A DNA stretch of 64,000 nt from Treponemataceae bacterium (GTDB taxonomy: Bacteria; Spirochaetota; Spirochaetia; Treponematales; Rectinemataceae). The stretch spans positions 384,001 to 448,000 of the forward strand of contig CAXXVZ010000005.1 of the NCBI GenBank assembly GCA_963678065.2. The letters are read 5' to 3'. Shown here one piece after another: positions 18,939 through 28,925 of this stretch. The notes below the pieces were generated by a model that was not told the DNA's origin, made no database searches, and saw nothing but the letters and a program-made list of their open reading frames with translations. Within the stretch, counting starts at the first letter, position 1. Each line of letters starts with the position of its first letter. The position numbers and the translations under genes were made by a program.

Positions 18939-19391
18939 TCAACCGAAATCCTTTCCCAGGAGCAGGTACTCTTCCGTCAGGCCGGCTTTCCGGTAAAAAT
19001 CCTGGGCAGTCAGGTTCTCGTTTTCCACACCGACCTCGATCTCGTCCATACCCCTGTGGCGCGCTTCGTCCTCGACGGTCCGCATCAGGGTCGACCCTAT
19101 CCCCCTCCCCCTGCATCCGTCCTTCACGACAAGCTCGTTGACCAAGGCAGTGCCCCGACAATGAAATACCGAGACATAGAAGACCGCGGAGACGAATCCC
19201 AGAATCTCTCCGTCTTCCGCACAGACATACGAGCGGTATTCCTGTGGCTTTTCATGCATTTCACGGAATTGGGAAGCGAGCCTCTCCGCTTCGAAGGTGA
19301 AATTGTAGTGAAGGTGCCACGCCAGCTCCCCGAGCAGCGCCTGAATGCCGGGAAGGTCCCCCTCCTCCCATTCGCGCACGATGATGGCCAT
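18939..19391 (-). CDS. GNAT-family N-acetyltransferase
   Basis: VNELVV, RGRGIG acetyl-CoA loop, AQDFYRKAG; RBS GGAGGAG. Confidence 0.9.
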   Translation of the reverse strand: MAIIVREWEEGDLPGIQALLGELAWHLHYNFTFEAERLASQFREMHEKPQEYRSYVCAEDGEILGFVSAVFYVSVFHCRGTALVNELVVKDGCRGRGIGSTLMRTVEDEARHRGMDEIEVGVENENLTAQDFYRKAGLTEEYLLLGKDFG

Positions 19392-19479
19392 TCCGCTCCT
19401 CCTTCCGTGAAGCATACCACGGACAGCCTTCCGATTCAGACTCGGCTACGCAATTGGAGGCCATCGGATGACGATCGGG

Positions 19480-19925
19480 AAAGCAGATTCGGTTCATGGT
19501 CTTTCTGAATGAGAGCTGGAGCGACGTATCCCTGTGGAGGCGCGAGGCGCGAAAGCTGTTCAAAGGATTCATCCTCGCTCCCGACCGCCGCGAAGCCGAA
19601 GGCGGAGGTCAGGGACAGAAAGCATTTCGACGGTCTTGTCGTCGAGGAGCTTGCGTGGAATCTGCCCTACGGTCTGCCGACGCGGGCGTACTTCCTCAAG
19701 CCGGAAAAGGCGACGGGGAGGCTGCCGGCAGTGCTGGCCTTCCATGATCATGGGGGAACAAGTATTTCGGGAAGCGGAAGATCGCGGACTCAGAACCAAC
19801 TATCTCGCGGGAACGGCCCCTCGCATCCGCTGCTCCGTCACCGCGGGTTTCATGACGACCTGTGCCGATGTCGCCATGCAGGAAGAAGCCTTCGCCTGGT
19901 TCAACAGGTGGGCTGTAAGGATTGA
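19480..19925 (+). pseudogene. Decayed alpha/beta hydrolase (dienelactone hydrolase/acetyl xylan esterase-like)
   Basis: Segments SF/LNESW..WRREAR, EELAWNLPYG..LPAVLAFHDHGG, KYFGKRKIAD, GLRTNYLAG..SVTAGFMTT and MQEEAFAWFNRW lie in different frames, with large internal parts missing. Confidence 0.75.
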
Positions 19926-20039
19926 AGGCACAGTAAGCGGGTGTGAAAACACCTGCGAATCATAAAAACGATTTTTCTGGACTTAGCGGCTCAATCCGCG
20001 CGACGGAACGTACAGCAGGCACTTTGGGGAAAAGAGCGT

Positions 20040-20465
20040 CTATCGTTTCTTTGCCTTGAACTTGCGTTTCGAGGCTTCGACTTTGCTTTTGAATGTCCTG
20101 AATTCCTTCGAGCCTGGCTTGATTCCGTACTCTTTCGCGAACTCGCCCCAGCCTCTGTACGTGTGCTTGCTGTATGAAAGAAGGATGACATCGATCGGTT
20201 TGCCCGAGACGGACGCGACAAAAGCCACCAGGTAGAGCTCGGCGGGCGACACCCGGTATGAGACAGCCTGTAGCTGACGGACCGGAATCCCCCACTGGAG
20301 GTTTATTTCGGCATAGAAACCGGGAAGATCGTAAAGGGCCACCGAGTTCATCCCGTTGAGCGAGGATTCGAGAGCTGAGTCGGAGAATCCGAACCTGATT
20401 GTCTGTGACATCGCGAACGTCGTCCCCGCCAAAATCATAAGGCCAAAAAGCAATATTTTTTTCAA
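20040..20465 (-). CDS. Exported hypothetical protein
   Basis: TTG start with RBS AGGAG; signal peptide; C-terminal GWGEFAKEYGIKPGSKEF motif and Lys-rich tail. Confidence 0.75.
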   Translation of the reverse strand: MKKILLFGLMILAGTTFAMSQTIRFGFSDSALESSLNGMNSVALYDLPGFYAEINLQWGIPVRQLQAVSYRVSPAELYLVAFVASVSGKPIDVILLSYSKHTYRGWGEFAKEYGIKPGSKEFRTFKSKVEASKRKFKAKKR

Positions 20466-20530
20466 GTATATTCTCCTGAAGCTAGAATATACTGCTAAAC
20501 GTCCAAATTCTTCGCATAGAGGAAAAGCTG

Positions 20531-20555
20531 CGGAGCTGCCGGTCCGGCAGCTCCG
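20531..20555 (-). terminator. Intrinsic terminator of the patatin-VanX gene
   Basis: CGGAGCTGCC-N5-GGCAGCTCCG followed on the minus strand by CAGCTTTT, just after the stop at 20562. Confidence 0.6.
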
Positions 20556-20561
20556 GTACCT

Positions 20562-22454
20562 TCAGGCATAAATGTCGAGAAGGGGGCTCCCCCGGAGTTC
20601 GGGGTCGACGTAGTGCCACCACTCGTTGACGTAGGACGCGAATCCGGCGCCTTCCATGATCGCGCGGAGTTTGTCCCTGTTGGTGAGCTCCGCCGGGTCG
20701 CCGCCCGCGTAGTCGTGCGAGGCGCGCTCAGAGAATTCGTCGAAGTCGCTGGGCATGGGAAGAAGGCGCCCCTCGGAATCAGCGAGAGTGACATCGACGG
20801 CGGCGCCCCGGTTGTGGACCGAACCCCGGCTCATGGGCGCGACAAAGTCCTCATCCGGCATGATCCTCCACATGAGAGCCTGGACGGAGAGCGGCCGATA
20901 CGCGTCGAGGACGACGAGCCGCAGCCCGGACTCGCATGCGGCGCGCTCAGCCGCCTCAAGCTTGCGCGCACTTCCTTCCAAAAGCCAGGCCCCGGCGGAA
21001 TCGTATAGCTTCCGGCCGAAAAAATTACCCTCGGTAGCGTAGCGCATGTCGACGAGGATGCCGGGCACGGTGTCGGCCAACCTGACGAGACCGGCCGCCC
21101 GCAGATCCGATGCCGTTGCAGGCATAGCCGCCGCGCTCTCCGTCTCGGGCACGCGGAGAGCCATGTCGATCCAGGCCATCCCGGCCTCGAGTTCGGGCAC
21201 GAGGGCCGCGAGGGCCTTTTCGGGAAGAGGGCCGGTTTTTCTGACCGCGGGGGCGCGCGCGATCCTGACATAGAAGTAGGGGCAGTCGGTGAGGCGCGCC
21301 TGGCGCACCGCCGAGAGGACGATGGACGCGAGTTTTTTCGGACCGCCCTTGGCTCCCTGGGCGCCCGCGGGCGCGCTCTCGGGGGAGGCGATGATCGCGC
21401 CCGCGCGCGCGTTCTCGACTTCGATGCGCTCGGCTATCGCGCGGGCGAGTTCCTCATAGGTGTAGGCCCTGACACGCTCGATGTCGAGGGTGATGGCAGC
21501 GCACTCCAGCATTTTCAGAAGGAGCCTGCGGTCGTGGCGCATCCGCGCGGGGAAGAGAGAAGATGAAGGCTCGAGGAGGGCCCTGGCACGCCCGTCGTCG
21601 CGCGACGCGAGCATGTCGCGGAAGCTGCGTTCGGCTCTGTCGTCGGGCATTATGAAATACGAGTAGCCCTCGAGCCGGCCGAAGACGCGCATGGTGTCGA
21701 GGTAGCCGAGCAGGGTGAACCTGTCCATGAATCCCCGGTTGAAATCGAGGGGCCCGCCCATGTCTATCGAGTTTTTGATGTAGATGGTCTCGCTGCCCGC
21801 GATTTCGGGCCGGCGGTTTATGCCGACGCCCGAAATGTCGACGACGATGATGTGCCTGTAGCCCCGCCTGCGGGCGACGGCGTAGGGCAGATTGTCGTAC
21901 AACCCTCCGTCGACATATTTCTTCCCCTTGATGACGGGTTGGACGAAGCCCGGCAGCGCGGCGCTCGCCATGAGGTAGTCCGGAAGACTGCCCGGCTCCA
22001 TGGCCTCTATGAAGACCTCGCGCGGCGCGAGGTCGGACATGTTGACGGTGACGATGCCGAGGTCCACGCCCGACGCGCGGATTTTGTCCTCGTCGATGTG
22101 CGCTTCGACCAGCGCCCGAAGGGGCGACGTATCGAGTCCCTTCGAGGAAAGAAAATCGCGGGTGAGTTCGCGCAGGCGCGGAAGCGCATCGAAATCCAGC
22201 TTGAGATCGCCGTCCTCGACGAGATCCTCAGGGAGTTTCAGGACAGAGTAGATCCCCATCCCGGCGCCGATCTCCTCCAGCTCGGCGTCGAGCCCCTGCG
22301 CGAGGAATCCCGCGATGATCGCGCCGATCGAGTTGCCGATGAAGCCCACGACCGGCACGCCGAGTTCCCTGAGGGCGCGCCACGCGCCTATGTGATAGAC
22401 ACCCTTCGCTCCACCGCCGCTCAGGACGAGACAGTATCCGCCCCGCATATCCAT
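20562..22454 (-). CDS. Fusion: patatin-like phospholipase + VanX/DdpX-type D-Ala-D-Ala dipeptidase (M15D)
   Basis: N-terminal LSGGGAKG, GNSIG, DGG; C-terminal DMRYATEGNFFG, DAYRP, SVHNRGAAVD, EWWH. Confidence 0.88.
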   Translation of the reverse strand: MDMRGGYCLVLSGGGAKGVYHIGAWRALRELGVPVVGFIGNSIGAIIAGFLAQGLDAELEEIGAGMGIYSVLKLPEDLVEDGDLKLDFDALPRLRELTRDFLSSKGLDTSPLRALVEAHIDEDKIRASGVDLGIVTVNMSDLAPREVFIEAMEPGSLPDYLMASAALPGFVQPVIKGKKYVDGGLYDNLPYAVARRRGYRHIIVVDISGVGINRRPEIAGSETIYIKNSIDMGGPLDFNRGFMDRFTLLGYLDTMRVFGRLEGYSYFIMPDDRAERSFRDMLASRDDGRARALLEPSSSLFPARMRHDRRLLLKMLECAAITLDIERVRAYTYEELARAIAERIEVENARAGAIIASPESAPAGAQGAKGGPKKLASIVLSAVRQARLTDCPYFYVRIARAPAVRKTGPLPEKALAALVPELEAGMAWIDMALRVPETESAAAMPATASDLRAAGLVRLADTVPGILVDMRYATEGNFFGRKLYDSAGAWLLEGSARKLEAAERAACESGLRLVVLDAYRPLSVQALMWRIMPDEDFVAPMSRGSVHNRGAAVDVTLADSEGRLLPMPSDFDEFSERASHDYAGGDPAELTNRDKLRAIMEGAGFASYVNEWWHYVDPELRGSPLLDIYA

Positions 22455-22493
22455 GACATCCTCCTCCGAAAGCCCGGGCGTCGCCGTCCGGAA

Positions 22494-24203
22494 TCAGCCG
22501 CGCGCCATTTTCGCCTGGTAGAGATCCGCGTCCGCCCTCTCGACGAGTCGCTGAAAACCTTGTTCAGGAATGGGGCCTGCTTTATGGCTGCCCGCCATGC
22601 CGATGCTCGCCGAATAGCGTATGATCCCACCGTTATCGCCTCCGCTATCCCCTCCGGACGTGACGGCCTCCCTGTCGACGCAGTCCTCGCCGGTCCCAGG
22701 CAGCGCACAGGCCATCTCGCCGCGCAGCTCCGAGGCGAGGGAACGCGCGGTTTCCGCCGGACAGCGGGGAAGTATGGCGAGAAATTCATCGCCACCGGTT
22801 CTGACTATGTAATCGTCCTTGCGGAAGGCCTGTCCCATCGCGGCGACGAAATCCTGGAGAACTCTGTCGCCCGCGAGGTGACCGTAGCGGTCGTTGATGG
22901 ATTTGAGCCCATCCATGTCGAGAGCGACAAGGGAGAATGGCTCCGTCAGACTCTCCCGCACGAAGGGGATAATGTTCCTGTTGAAGGCGCCTGTCAGGGG
23001 ATCGCGCATGCTCGCCTCACGGTAACGCTCCGCCCTGCGCTTTTCGCGCACAAGCTGCCGGTTGCGATCCGCCATGTCGGTCACGACATAGCCAGCCACC
23101 GAGAGGATGAGAATCATGAACCCGAAGTGGGAGACGAGTACGGCGTCGGGCCAGAGGAAGGCCGCCAGGATATCCCTGATTACGGCCAGGACAGCGACGC
23201 TGACGCCGAAAAGGAGGAATTGGTGGCTGGCTTTGGATTTTCGCTCGCGGATCATGAGGTAGAACAAGTAAAACTGGAGGGGAAGGACTGTCAGATAGGT
23301 CCGGTCGTAGAGTCGTTTCATATCGACCATCGTTCCCGGAAAAAGAACGAGAATGGCGCAGACCCCTTGGATTGCCATGAAGACGCGGGCAAACCAGTCA
23401 GTCTTCCGTCCGAGAAGTCTGAGGCATCCCGCCATGAAGACGATGGCCACGAGGTGCCGGAGGATGACGACAGCGCGCTTGAACTCGAGAAGAGGCAGAG
23501 GCAGGTATTCGAAGGCGAGGAAATCCGCCATGAAGAAGGCCGTCGCGATGCCGGCGACCCCGAGGAGAATCCTCGGGTCGAACTCGGGCAGGGTCGCGAG
23601 ACCCAGCGTAATGATGGTCAGACCGATGATGAGGATGGCGCCGCAGAGCATCCAGATGGCCGTGTCGCTCGCGAACAACAGCGATGAAAGGCGCAAGGCG
23701 CCTGTCTTCGTGTCGACGATGTAGGGCGCCACGATGATGCCGGCCTCGTAAACTCCGCGGATCGTGACCTCGATCCGGTTTTCTTTCCGGAGCAGGTCGG
23801 GCCTGAGCGGAAAGACCTTGGCCGCGTTCCAGATGCTGGAACGGCCTTCGGCCATATCGCCCCGCGACCCGACCCATTCGCCGTTGACACGTACTTCCAT
23901 GGCGCTGCCGCCGACATAGGGAAAAACCAGGGAAAAAGAGCGATGAGAGCCGAGAGCCCCTTCCGGAACGGCGATATCCATGACCATCTCGAAAAGTCCG
24001 GGCCCGAAAGCCGCGTCTTTAGTCGCGCTCCGGTACCAGATGAGGGGCGATCGGATCGCTTCCCGGCCCGGTGCCTTCAGTAAGATGGTGCTGTCGGCGA
24101 CAGAGGCTCCCTCCGGCGTCCTGTACAGCGAGCTGAAGCTCCAGTAAAGTGCCGCAGCGACGACGATGCCGGCGGCAAGCCCGATCAGGGGTCTCAGACG
24201 CAT
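22494..24203 (-). CDS. Membrane-bound diguanylate cyclase (extracytoplasmic beta domain + multi-TM + GGDEF)
   Basis: DPLTGAFNR, DMDGLKSINDRYGHLAGD, RTGGDEF, ADADLYQAK. Confidence 0.9.
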   Translation of the reverse strand: MRLRPLIGLAAGIVVAAALYWSFSSLYRTPEGASVADSTILLKAPGREAIRSPLIWYRSATKDAAFGPGLFEMVMDIAVPEGALGSHRSFSLVFPYVGGSAMEVRVNGEWVGSRGDMAEGRSSIWNAAKVFPLRPDLLRKENRIEVTIRGVYEAGIIVAPYIVDTKTGALRLSSLLFASDTAIWMLCGAILIIGLTIITLGLATLPEFDPRILLGVAGIATAFFMADFLAFEYLPLPLLEFKRAVVILRHLVAIVFMAGCLRLLGRKTDWFARVFMAIQGVCAILVLFPGTMVDMKRLYDRTYLTVLPLQFYLFYLMIRERKSKASHQFLLFGVSVAVLAVIRDILAAFLWPDAVLVSHFGFMILILSVAGYVVTDMADRNRQLVREKRRAERYREASMRDPLTGAFNRNIIPFVRESLTEPFSLVALDMDGLKSINDRYGHLAGDRVLQDFVAAMGQAFRKDDYIVRTGGDEFLAILPRCPAETARSLASELRGEMACALPGTGEDCVDREAVTSGGDSGGDNGGIIRYSASIGMAGSHKAGPIPEQGFQRLVERADADLYQAKMARG

Positions 24204-24427
24204 GGACGAATTTTCCCGCCTACTTTGTACATCACCCCGTCTGGGCGGGTCCGAAGGATCATAAGGGCTATCATATATTCATTTTCGGTTGAACGGAACC
24301 AGGCAGGAGCGGGAAAGTTGCGGGGGACGCGACTGCCATTCCGGCCTGGGAACGGCAGTGGTATACTGATATCAATCCGCGGGGACACGCCCTGGAGTAT
24401 TCCCGTTCCGCGGATGAGGGAGGCATC

Positions 24428-25510
24428 ATGCGCTTCGGGCAGTTCCGTGTACCGTCACCGCGTCCGACTCCTGTTTCCGTCCTGATTCTTTCACTTACGA
24501 TCCTCGCGTCCTCCGCGCCACTGGCGGGGGCCTGCTCCGACATCCAGATCATGAAGCTAAACGTAAGGGAAGGCGACATCGTGGTTTCGGCACGCACGAT
24601 GGACTTCTCCATCGACCTCGCCTCCGACATCAAGATCGTTCCGCGCGGCGTCACGATGACGAGCAACGCGCCGGGCGGGGCTCCGGGGCTCTCGTGGACG
24701 AGCTTGTACGGCTTCGTCGGCGTGAACGCCCTCGACATGGAAAAGTACAACGACGGGCTGAACGAAAAAGGGCTTTCCGTGGGGACGCTCTGGCTCGACC
24801 CGAGCGAGTATCCGACCCCGACTTCGGCGGCGGCCGCGCTCTCCATCCACGACATCGGCGCCTGGATCCTCGGCAATTTCGCGACAGTGGATGAGGTGAA
24901 GGCCGCGCTCGCTGATGTCGCTGTCTGGGGCGAGTTCTCCCTCGAGGTTCTCGGCGTGCCGCCGCTCCACCTCGCGATCCACGATGCGCAGGGAAAAAAC
25001 CTCGTCGTCGAATTCCAGAATGGCGAGACCAGGGTCTACGACAACCCGGCCGGCGTGCTGACGAACGGTCCTGCCTTCGACTGGCAGCTCGTCAATCTGG
25101 CGCAGTACATGGAGCACCTGAAAGAGTACGGCACCCTGCCCTCCTCTCTCTCGTCGGCATCGCGATTCGTCGCGCTCTCGACCTTCCGGAAGGAGCTCCT
25201 GCCGCCGGAGTCGGCGCGCGAGGCCATCCAGTTTCTGTCCTTCATCATTGGGAGGGTCTCGGGCGTGCCCGGCGAGGACAAGTGGCTAATCCCGCTGGCC
25301 GCGATGAAGTATTCGGGGAGCTACACCCAGTGGACGGTCTTCCGCGACCACGCGAATCTCGTCCTCTATTACAGAACGGCGCTCAACGGCTCATTGCGCG
25401 CGATCGACCTGAAAAAGCTGGACTTCTCGCCCGGCCGACCCATCATCACGATCAACATGGAGAACGACGGGGCTCAGTGGTACGCCGAAGCCGCGCCGGT
25501 CCCGAGGTAA
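24428..25510 (+). CDS. Exported linear amide C-N hydrolase (penicillin V acylase/choloylglycine hydrolase family)
   Basis: Signal peptide then N-terminal nucleophile Cys (A|CSDI), ARTMDF, DGLNEKGL, VLTNGP, SRF, YTQWT. Confidence 0.9.
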   Translation: MRFGQFRVPSPRPTPVSVLILSLTILASSAPLAGACSDIQIMKLNVREGDIVVSARTMDFSIDLASDIKIVPRGVTMTSNAPGGAPGLSWTSLYGFVGVNALDMEKYNDGLNEKGLSVGTLWLDPSEYPTPTSAAAALSIHDIGAWILGNFATVDEVKAALADVAVWGEFSLEVLGVPPLHLAIHDAQGKNLVVEFQNGETRVYDNPAGVLTNGPAFDWQLVNLAQYMEHLKEYGTLPSSLSSASRFVALSTFRKELLPPESAREAIQFLSFIIGRVSGVPGEDKWLIPLAAMKYSGSYTQWTVFRDHANLVLYYRTALNGSLRAIDLKKLDFSPGRPIITINMENDGAQWYAEAAPVPR

Positions 25511-25594
25511 GAAGGGCGCTGTCAGGATGCGTTCACGCGTCGGGACGGCCGGTCCGGGAGACTCCGGAGCCGGTGCCCCTTGAGTGGGCCCCGC

Positions 25595-26833
25595 TCACCG
25601 GGTATTCCCCAGCGCGTCGACGATCGGGAGGCGGGCCGCCCTGAATGAAGGGACGAGGGAGCCGACGAGGGCCGCGCCCATGGCGGCCGCGATCGCCTTC
25701 AGCGCGTCGGCGACCGAATAGACGGCGTACAGGCGGGAGCCGAAGGGTATGGGGACGTCGCGGGGCAGGAGCCACGAAACATCCAGTCCGATCCCTCCCA
25801 GGAGGAGGCCGAATACTGTCGACGGCAGAGCGGCGACAATGCAACCCGCCAGGCCGAGGAGGAGTCCCTCGACCAGGAAGAGCTTCTCGAGTTTCCTGCG
25901 GCGCATGCCTATCGCGCGCAGGGTGCCGATCTCGCGGTAGCGTTCCTGAACGTTCATCGCCATCGAGTTGAAGATGCCGGCGATGATGAGGGCGTAGAGC
26001 GCGGAGAGGACGGCCCCGAGCAGGACGAGGCGGGTCTCGATCGTCGACACGAGGATCTCCGCGAAGGTCTTCCATTCGTAGGCGACGAGGTCCACCCTGC
26101 CTGAGCGGGCGAGCGATGCGGAAATTGTCCTGGCGAGCCGCGCGCTGTCCCAGGGATTGTCGCCGCGTATCACGAGCCGGGTCGCCTCGTCCCCGAGGCC
26201 GAGAAAAGTCCGCGCCTGGTCGATGTCGATGTAGACCGTCATGTCGTCCATGAGGGGATACCCGAAACTGAAAATTCCGACGATCTTCGCGGCGCCCAGG
26301 TTGCGCGCCGATTTCTTGTCGAGAGCGGTGTAGAAGACAGGATCGCCGATTTTCAGGCCGAGCTTCTGTGCGAGTCCGCTGCCGATGAGGAGGCCGGGCT
26401 GCCCGGGCTCCAGGAAGGAGCCTTGCACGAGGGCGCGCCTGACGGAGGTGACGTCGGCCTCGGCGGCGCTTATGCCGCGGGCCATGACGCGGATGCCGCG
26501 CTCGCCGTTCGTGACTTCGAACGAGGCGTCTACGCGGGCACTGATCGCGGCCACGCCGGCCTCGTGGTGCAGAGCGTCGATGAGCTTTTCGGGTTCCCGG
26601 ATCGTGAAATCGAGAGGAAGGCGGCGCGCGTCGGCGCGGTAGCCGCGGACTTCGATCTGCGCCTGCGCGGTGTCGATGTCCATCATGTGAGAGTACGAGA
26701 CCGAAGTCAGGCCGCGGAGCAGGCCCTGCATGTTCATGAGGACGGTCGTTCCGATGACGATCGAGAGTATCGTGAGCATGCTCCTTCGCCTGTTGCGGAC
26801 GATGGAGCGCGCGGCGATCCGTATGGTTTCCAT
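25595..26833 (-). CDS. ABC permease, FtsX/LolC-E/MacB-like
   Basis: RNRRRSMLT, ERYREIGTLRAIG, PSFRAARLPIVDAL; start METIRIA. Confidence 0.9.
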   Translation of the reverse strand: METIRIAARSIVRNRRRSMLTILSIVIGTTVLMNMQGLLRGLTSVSYSHMMDIDTAQAQIEVRGYRADARRLPLDFTIREPEKLIDALHHEAGVAAISARVDASFEVTNGERGIRVMARGISAAEADVTSVRRALVQGSFLEPGQPGLLIGSGLAQKLGLKIGDPVFYTALDKKSARNLGAAKIVGIFSFGYPLMDDMTVYIDIDQARTFLGLGDEATRLVIRGDNPWDSARLARTISASLARSGRVDLVAYEWKTFAEILVSTIETRLVLLGAVLSALYALIIAGIFNSMAMNVQERYREIGTLRAIGMRRRKLEKLFLVEGLLLGLAGCIVAALPSTVFGLLLGGIGLDVSWLLPRDVPIPFGSRLYAVYSVADALKAIAAAMGAALVGSLVPSFRAARLPIVDALGNTR

Positions 26834-26840
26834 GGCGCAC

Positions 26841-28136
26841 CTACCGTATGGACGAAAGACTCTCGGCGACACCCATGCGGGCGACCGAGCGGGCCGCGCG
26901 CGCGGCGGCTATCGAGCCGACAGCGACGCTCGCGAGCGTGCACAGCGCGTACCACGCAAGCGAGGGCGCGGGCCTGTTGTAGCGCGACAGCCCGAGGTTT
27001 TCCATGAGACCTCCGAAATCGACGCCGCTTCCCGACAGGGCCCGCACGACCGCGGCGCCGAAGACAAGGCCGACAGTCGCGCCCGCGAGGCCGAGAATGG
27101 CGCCTTCGAGGGTGATGAGGCGGCGCAGCTCGCGGGCCTTGAGTCCGATGGCGCGCATCGTGCCGAACTCCCGCATGCGCTCCATCACCGACATGAGGAC
27201 GGTGTTCGTGACGATGGTCCCGGCGACGAGGCCGAAGAGAGCTATCATGAATCCGAGGGCGATCTTGATGATGACCAGGAGGGAGAGCATCGACGCGTTG
27301 ATCGAGCGCCAGTCGGTCACTTCGAGGCCAGCCCCGGACTGGGCGCCGGCTTTGGTACCGGACTGAGCGCCGGCTTCGACAGCGGCCCCGGAGCCCAGTT
27401 TTTTCGACAGCTTGGCCGCGAAGGCCGGAGCCTTCGCGCGGTCGCGCAGAAGCACGCGCAGTTCACGCGCGGACCCCGCGACATCCAGCATCTCACCGGC
27501 CTTGTCGAAGGACATGTAGAAGGTCGTCTCGTCGAAGTCCGCGCTCTCGGTGGAGAAGATGCCCGTGACGGGGAGCTCCTCGTACCAGGGCTGGGAGTTG
27601 CGGTCCTGCACGAGGACGAGAACTCCCTCGCCCAGGCGCACGCGCAGAAGGCGCGCGGCGGCGGCCGAGATCAGGATACCCTTTCCTTCAGGCAGAAAAG
27701 CGCCTTCCCTGAGGCCGCCTCTCGCGCTCTCGGCGAAATAGGTATCCGGGCGGAGGCCCGAGCCCCTCATGGGGAGATTGCGCGGTTCGGTGACCTCCTG
27801 TCCGGCCTTTTCGACGAGAAGGGCGCCGAAGCTCAGCACGGGCTCCACGTCGAGGACATCTTTTCCGCCCGAGTCGAGGATGCGGGTCGCAAGGGCCTGC
27901 GCGTCGGGGATGAGGGAGTCGAGTCCCAAGAGGTCGATCGCCGAGGCCTCCGCGGCGCTCCGCACGCGGACGTGGCCCGCGCCGGTCGCAAGCCCGCTGT
28001 AGAAGCTCTCCGTGACGCCGTTCAGCACGCTGCCGATAGTCACCATCACCATGCAGGCGACGGCCACCGCGACCACGACCATCAGACTGCGCCTCCAGTG
28101 CTTGATTGCTCCGAGCAGGGCGAGGCGGAAGGTCAT
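26841..28136 (-). CDS. ABC permease, FtsX/LolC-E/MacB-like
   Basis: HWRRSLMV, ERMREFGTMRAIG, 4-TM topology with large periplasmic domain. Confidence 0.9.
   Translation of the reverse strand: MTFRLALLGAIKHWRRSLMVVVAVAVACMVMVTIGSVLNGVTESFYSGLATGAGHVRVRSAAEASAIDLLGLDSLIPDAQALATRILDSGGKDVLDVEPVLSFGALLVEKAGQEVTEPRNLPMRGSGLRPDTYFAESARGGLREGAFLPEGKGILISAAAARLLRVRLGEGVLVLVQDRNSQPWYEELPVTGIFSTESADFDETTFYMSFDKAGEMLDVAGSARELRVLLRDRAKAPAFAAKLSKKLGSGAAVEAGAQSGTKAGAQSGAGLEVTDWRSINASMLSLLVIIKIALGFMIALFGLVAGTIVTNTVLMSVMERMREFGTMRAIGLKARELRRLITLEGAILGLAGATVGLVFGAAVVRALSGSGVDFGGLMENLGLSRYNRPAPSLAWYALCTLASVAVGSIAAARAARSVARMGVAESLSSIR
27334..27376. repeat. 24-bp-period in-frame tandem duplication (AGAQSG x2)
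   Basis: CCGGACTGGGCGCCGGCTT at 27334 and CCGGACTGAGCGCCGGCTT at 27358. Confidence 0.75.
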
Positions 28137-28909
28137 GATTGTCCCTCGTCCCTCGCGGCGCCTTGCGCCGGGCCCCGGCCTGTGCTTCGATCCGCGTCCT
28201 TGTGGCGGTGGATCGCGCGCTCGCCCGTGATGAGGCCGTCTTTCATGTGGATCACGCGCTTCGCGTAGCGCTCGATGAGCTCGTTGTGCGTGGAGAAGAT
28301 GAAACTCACACCCTCTTCCTCGTTGAGCTGTCGCATAACCTCCATGATGACGGTCGAGGTGTCGGAATCGAGATTCGCCGTCGGCTCGTCGGCGATGACG
28401 AGGGATGGACTGTTGGCGAGAGCCCTCGCGATGGCCACACGCTGGCGCTGGCCGCCCGAGAGCTCGTCGGGCTTGTGGTTCACGAATTCGCCGAGTCCGA
28501 CAATCTCGACGAGGCGGTCCACGCGGAGCCTGCGGTCGGCCTTGGGCATTCCGGCGAGGACGAGCGGATACTCGATATTCTCGCGCACGTCGAGCACGCC
28601 CACGAGGTTGAAGCTCTGGAATATGAAACCGATCTTTCCGAGCCGCGTGTCGGCCTCGAGGTCGTCGTTGAAGGTGGAGATGTCGATGCCGTCGAGCGCG
28701 ACCGAGCCCGATGTCGGCTTGTCGATGCAGCCGATGATGTTGAGCAGCGTGGTCTTGCCGCAGCCCGAGGGCCCGACGATGGAGACGAAGTCGCCGCGGG
28801 CCACGGTGAAGCTGAGGCCCCGGAGCGCGTGGATGACGGTCTTGCCGAGATGATAATCCTTGCGGAGGTTTTCGACCTGGAGAATCGGAGTCGGATTGCG
28901 GGTTGACAT
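28133..28909 (-). CDS. ABC ATP-binding protein, LolD/MacB-like
   Basis: GPSGCGKTT, IGFIFQSFNL, LSGGQRQR, ADEPTANLD, STH. Confidence 0.95.
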   Translation of the reverse strand: MSTRNPTPILQVENLRKDYHLGKTVIHALRGLSFTVARGDFVSIVGPSGCGKTTLLNIIGCIDKPTSGSVALDGIDISTFNDDLEADTRLGKIGFIFQSFNLVGVLDVRENIEYPLVLAGMPKADRRLRVDRLVEIVGLGEFVNHKPDELSGGQRQRVAIARALANSPSLVIADEPTANLDSDTSTVIMEVMRQLNEEEGVSFIFSTHNELIERYAKRVIHMKDGLITGERAIHRHKDADRSTGRGPAQGAARDEGQS

Positions 28910-28925
28910 CGCGGAAGTCCTCTGT

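Noticed and set aside
20930..20990. Vancomycin-resistance locus suggested by the VanX-like domain
   Set aside because: No vanA/vanH/vanRS genes; DdpX-type dipeptidases are common housekeeping/recycling enzymes
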